From sequence record JN984867: 44,077 nt of DNA, one strand, 5' to 3'. Both the position numbers and the translations under genes were made by a program. Each line of letters opens with the position of its first letter. Position 1 is the first letter of the stretch. This document shows, one piece after another, positions 41,253 through 44,077 of this stretch. The notes beneath the pieces were generated by a model. It made no database searches and was not told the origin of the DNA. It saw nothing but the letters and a program-made list of their open reading frames with translations. The DNA comes from Shigella phage EP23.

Positions 41253-41543
41253 ATGGATAAGCTAAACGAGTGGCTATTCGCCCTGGCATGTCTGGCGGGT
41301 GGCTTCGTAGGCGCACGCATTCATGGTGAGGCTACGAAGGGGCCACTAAACTTCGTTTTGTATGTTGTAGTTGGCTTCTTGTGTGCCATATTTGGCGCAC
41401 CGGCTATTGCCGAGTGGGCTGGTTTGTCGGGTGAGCGCACTGTCGCCGGTTTAGGCTTCGTAACCGCAATCTTCTGGATGCCAATCGCCGACCGGATCAG
41501 GGAGACTATTGCGTCGTTCCGACTTCCGGGGGGCGCAAAATGA
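41253..41543 (+). CDS. holin (three predicted TM helices)
   Basis: 96 aa. Hydrophobic helices, charged C-terminus. Directly upstream of the endolysin region. Confidence 0.65.
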   Translation: MDKLNEWLFALACLAGGFVGARIHGEATKGPLNFVLYVVVGFLCAIFGAPAIAEWAGLSGERTVAGLGFVTAIFWMPIADRIRETIASFRLPGGAK

Positions 41544-41785
41544 TTATCTCCGTCCTGTTGTTTGTTATCATCGGGGCTTCGTCCCTGTTTAACGTGTATG
41601 CGCCGTCCGTCCGGGATGGCATTTTCGGTCGGGTGCTGTATCTGTTAACGGCAATGGTCTGTATTATCGGATTGCTGCAAACAGGAGACGTATCTGATAC
41701 CACATGGACCGCGTTAATCTGGCTGTTTGCATTGCGCACCCTGCGTAATGCTGTTTTGAATGGGGTAAAACATGCGATTCAGTGA
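41540..41785 (+). CDS. second holin-like / antiholin membrane protein
   Basis: 81 aa, 2-3 TM helices. ATGA overlap upstream, and overlaps the endolysin start. Confidence 0.55.
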   Translation: MIISVLLFVIIGASSLFNVYAPSVRDGIFGRVLYLLTAMVCIIGLLQTGDVSDTTWTALIWLFALRTLRNAVLNGVKHAIQ

Positions 41786-42263
41786 TAACGGTCTACGATT
41801 TACGGCAGCCTGGGAGGCTTTCAGCCCGGTGCCGTATTTCGCGACCAAGAAAGAGCAGGCCCGCGGCCTGTACACCTGGGGTTATGGTCATACCGGCACT
41901 AATCCGCCTCGAAGCATTACCCGCGAGGAAGCGCTGGCACTGCTCAAGCGCGATGTGGCGTATGCTGAGGACTGGGTTAACAAATACGCACATCCGAGCA
42001 TTAACCAGGCGCAATTCGACGCGCTGGTGGACCTGGTAATCAACGCCGGTCCTGGTCCGATCGTACCGGATGACGTCGCGAATGATTTCGATGATGCGGT
42101 ACGGTTGGGCGACTGGGCGAAGGTCCGTGCTACGCTGCCGCAGTTCCGCAAGCAAGGCGGCGAAGTGCTTAAGGGTCTGGTACGCCGTGCAATCGGCAGA
42201 CAGGCGTTGTTTGATGGTAAGCAGTGGGACGTTGCCGAACGAATCGGTCGTAACGCTGCATAA
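41772..42263 (+). CDS. endolysin (lysozyme, GH24-like)
   Basis: 163 aa. FTAAWEAF...GLYTWGYGHT...INQAQFDALVDLVINAG is typical of phage lysozymes. Confidence 0.85.
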   Translation: MRFSDNGLRFTAAWEAFSPVPYFATKKEQARGLYTWGYGHTGTNPPRSITREEALALLKRDVAYAEDWVNKYAHPSINQAQFDALVDLVINAGPGPIVPDDVANDFDDAVRLGDWAKVRATLPQFRKQGGEVLKGLVRRAIGRQALFDGKQWDVAERIGRNAA

Positions 42264-42279
42264 TACGAGGTAACACAGT

Positions 42280-42447
42280 ATGTTAAAAAGCATTCTTGAT
42301 CATAATGCGGACGCGCTTGCCGCACTGGCTAAAACCGAAGACCCAGGCGCACGCGCTATCATAGCGGACTCTATCAACCACGCTGGGGTCTTCGATGCGA
42401 AGCTGCCAAGCCCACCACCGCAGGAGGAATCTGGTCCTGCAGCGTAA
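42280..42447 (+). CDS. small hypothetical protein (55 aa; below the ORF-track cutoff)
   Basis: SD GAGG. Hand translation: MLKSILDHNADALAALAKTEDPGARAIIADSINHAGVFDAKLPSPPPQEESGPAA. Followed by a strong terminator. Confidence 0.45.
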   Translation: MLKSILDHNADALAALAKTEDPGARAIIADSINHAGVFDAKLPSPPPQEESGPAA

Positions 42448-42453
42448 ACAATC

Positions 42454-42479
42454 AAGCCCGGAATTAACCGGGCTTTTTA
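42454..42479 (+). terminator. intrinsic terminator
   Basis: AGCCCGG-AATTAA-CCGGGCT followed by TTTTT. Confidence 0.85.
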
Positions 42480-42483
42480 TTGC

Positions 42484-42513
42484 TTGACTTGCAACCAACA
42501 TAGACTCTATACT
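42484..42513 (+). promoter_or_regulatory. sigma70-like promoter
   Basis: TTGACT-18 nt-TATACT. TGCAACCAA lies right after the -35 and TGCGACCAA right after the -10. Confidence 0.6.
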
Positions 42514-42542
42514 GCGACCAATCAACGAGAGGAGTAATCAAG

Positions 42543-42623
42543 ATGGCACGTAAAGATATTTGGGTATTAGCGATCTGGACCACCACGGCTTTTATCGACA
42601 TGGTTATTTGCGAATTGATATAG
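42543..42623 (+). CDS. 26-codon hydrophobic mini-ORF
   Basis: Strong SD GAGAGGAG 8 nt upstream. Sequence MARKDIWVLAIWTTTAFIDMVICELI. Sits 30 nt downstream of a good promoter. Confidence 0.4.
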   Translation: MARKDIWVLAIWTTTAFIDMVICELI

Positions 42624-42684
42624 CCCGCCGCCATACGGACCGTGGTATATTGTCCGCGGTCCACTAATCAGGAATTAATTAAAT

Positions 42685-43827
42685 ATGCACCCGCAAACTA
42701 AAATTACCGATGAGCAATTGATCGCAGAAATTCAGGAAGGGACTACAGTTAAAGAGATTGCGAAGAAGTACGGCATCGCACTTCGAAATGTCTATATGCG
42801 CAAAGCCCGCCTGTCTAAAAAGGGGATTGGTCACGGCAATGATGCAGTGATCCGTAAGCGCGTTGCCGATGGTTTTGGGGTTAAGCGCGTATCGGCCCTG
42901 GTGCGCGGCAATGGCGAAGAGGTCATGTCGTGGGTCATCACTGAGCAGGACAAAGAGCGCCAACTCGAAGCTATGCGCGCTGTTGTCGATGGTATGAACA
43001 GCGAAATCACACCGGCAGCGCCAGTAAAAGCCCCGCCAGTCCCAGTCCAGGCACTCGACTTGCTCAACCTGTACACCGTGTCAGACTTTCACCTGGGAAT
43101 GCTGGCATGGGGTGAGGAGACTGGCGAAGACTGGGATATGGCGATTGCTGAAGACCTGTTCTACCGCTGGTTTGTCGAAGCCTTCGCCCGCGCACCGGAC
43201 GCAGGAACTGCCGTTATCAATATCCTCGGGGATATGGCCCACTTTGATAGCCTTGATGCCGTCACACCGGCAAGCGGTCACGTACTGGACGCCGACACAC
43301 GATACCAGAAGTTGGTCCGCTATATGATTCGCATGGTGCGCAACGTGGTAGACCTGGCGCTGCAAAAACACCACAAAGTAAAACTGCTAATCGTCCAGGG
43401 TAATCATGACGAATCTGGTATGATTTGGCTTGCTGAGATGTTCAATACCTTGTATGAGAACGAGCCGCGCGTCGATGTGGACACGTCACCGGACGTCTAC
43501 AAAATGGTGCAGCACGGTAAGACTACGCTATTTTTCCACCACGGGCACAAAGCGCGATTCGATGTTATCGAGCAGGTTATGATCGCTAAATTCAGACAGG
43601 CGTTCGGGGCGAGCGAATACAGCTACGCGCACGTAGGCCATTTGCACCACCAGAAGATTGTTGAATCCCGCAACATGATTGTCGAACAGCACAGGACGCT
43701 CGCAGCGAAAGACGCCTACGCCAGTCGTGGCGGCTGGATGAGCGGTCGCAGCGCAAACGTCATCACCTATAGCGCCAACTACGGAGAAGTAGCGCGCTTA
43801 ACCATTAGCCCGGAAATGTTGAAATGA
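42685..43827 (+). CDS. HTH domain fused to a calcineurin-like metallophosphoesterase
   Basis: N-terminal TVKEIAKKYGIALRNVYMRKARL. Phosphoesterase motifs SDFHLG, GDMAH, GNHDE, HHGH. Confidence 0.65.
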   Translation: MHPQTKITDEQLIAEIQEGTTVKEIAKKYGIALRNVYMRKARLSKKGIGHGNDAVIRKRVADGFGVKRVSALVRGNGEEVMSWVITEQDKERQLEAMRAVVDGMNSEITPAAPVKAPPVPVQALDLLNLYTVSDFHLGMLAWGEETGEDWDMAIAEDLFYRWFVEAFARAPDAGTAVINILGDMAHFDSLDAVTPASGHVLDADTRYQKLVRYMIRMVRNVVDLALQKHHKVKLLIVQGNHDESGMIWLAEMFNTLYENEPRVDVDTSPDVYKMVQHGKTTLFFHHGHKARFDVIEQVMIAKFRQAFGASEYSYAHVGHLHHQKIVESRNMIVEQHRTLAAKDAYASRGGWMSGRSANVITYSANYGEVARLTISPEMLK

Positions 43828-44036
43828 TCAGACAAGTATTCATGAGCACGCAGGCCGCACGCCTGAAAGAACTACGCAAACAACTGGAAGGATTGCGCCG
43901 ATTCGAACGAACGGCAGCGGCAGTCGGTATGTCGATGGATGAGCGAATCGAGATACTGTCGCAAATACGCTACACAGAGGGCGCTATACGCGAAGTACAA
44001 AGCATGTCAACCCGATACTACGGGCGCGACGTTTAA
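43824..44036 (+). CDS. hypothetical protein (70 aa)
   Basis: ATGA overlap with the upstream gene. Helical and charged. Confidence 0.5.
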   Translation: MIRQVFMSTQAARLKELRKQLEGLRRFERTAAAVGMSMDERIEILSQIRYTEGAIREVQSMSTRYYGRDV

Positions 44037-44043
44037 ACCGCAT

Positions 44044-44069
44044 AGCCTGCCGATTTGGTGGGCTTTTTT
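44044..44069 (+). terminator. intrinsic terminator at the right end of the window
   Basis: AGCCTGCC-GATTT-GGTGGGCT (two G-U pairs) followed by TTTTT. Confidence 0.65.
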
Positions 44070-44077
44070 GTGCCTGT

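Noticed and set aside
1-44077. Prophage or lysogeny functions (integrase, CI/Cro-type switch, att sites)
   Set aside because: No ORF shows tyrosine- or serine-recombinase motifs or a repressor-like peptidase S24 domain. The element is treated as a virulent phage genome.

Overview
The 44,077-bp window reads as an essentially complete genome of a tailed dsDNA siphovirus of enterobacterial type, linearised just upstream of the terminase genes. No integrase or CI-like repressor is visible, so it is probably virulent. I could not run a similarity search, so all family names come from motifs I recognise by eye. Layout: (1) 56-23660, plus strand: packaging, head, neck, tail, lambda-like tail tip (M/L/K/I/J) and a side tail fibre. 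This block is interrupted by an Rz/Rz1-type spanin pair (4595-5066), a two-gene minus-strand island (5080-6438) and a minus-strand lipoprotein gene (21708-21950). (2) 23686-36078, minus strand: early/replication genes (PD-(D/E)XK-like protein, HAD phosphatase, Dam methylase, SNF2 helicase, VRR-NUC, family A DNA polymerase, DUF2815-like SSB, DUF2800/Cas4-like nuclease, several small ORFs). (3) 36481-44036, plus strand: HTH protein, primase-helicase, small proteins, holin/holin-like/endolysin, and an HTH-metallophosphoesterase. Most notable observations: (a) The DNA polymerase carries a 299-aa intein in polymerase motif B. A complete HNH homing-endonuclease ORF lies inside this intein in the -1 frame, while the polymerase frame stays open through it. 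This is apparent dual coding rather than an in-frame endonuclease domain. (b) Two paralogous regulatory modules (12051-12377 and 39174-39332) consist of arrays of GCGGGACA boxes. Each ends in a 70-bp, 100% identical element that can fold into two adjacent stem-loops. One module is wedged between the tail chaperone G/GT genes and the tape measure gene. (c) A 9-bp half-palindrome, TTGGTTGCA/TGCAACCAA, occurs about 20 times, almost always inside sigma70-like promoters. (d) A 170-aa truncated DnaN (beta clamp)-like protein is encoded antisense inside the structural module. (e) A candidate ~60-nt sRNA unit lies in the early divergent control region. (f) Many intrinsic terminators sit inside the late operon. 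Several ORF-track entries were trimmed to starts with a Shine-Dalgarno sequence, and seven ORFs of 26-59 aa, plus the GT frameshift extension, absent from the track are proposed.
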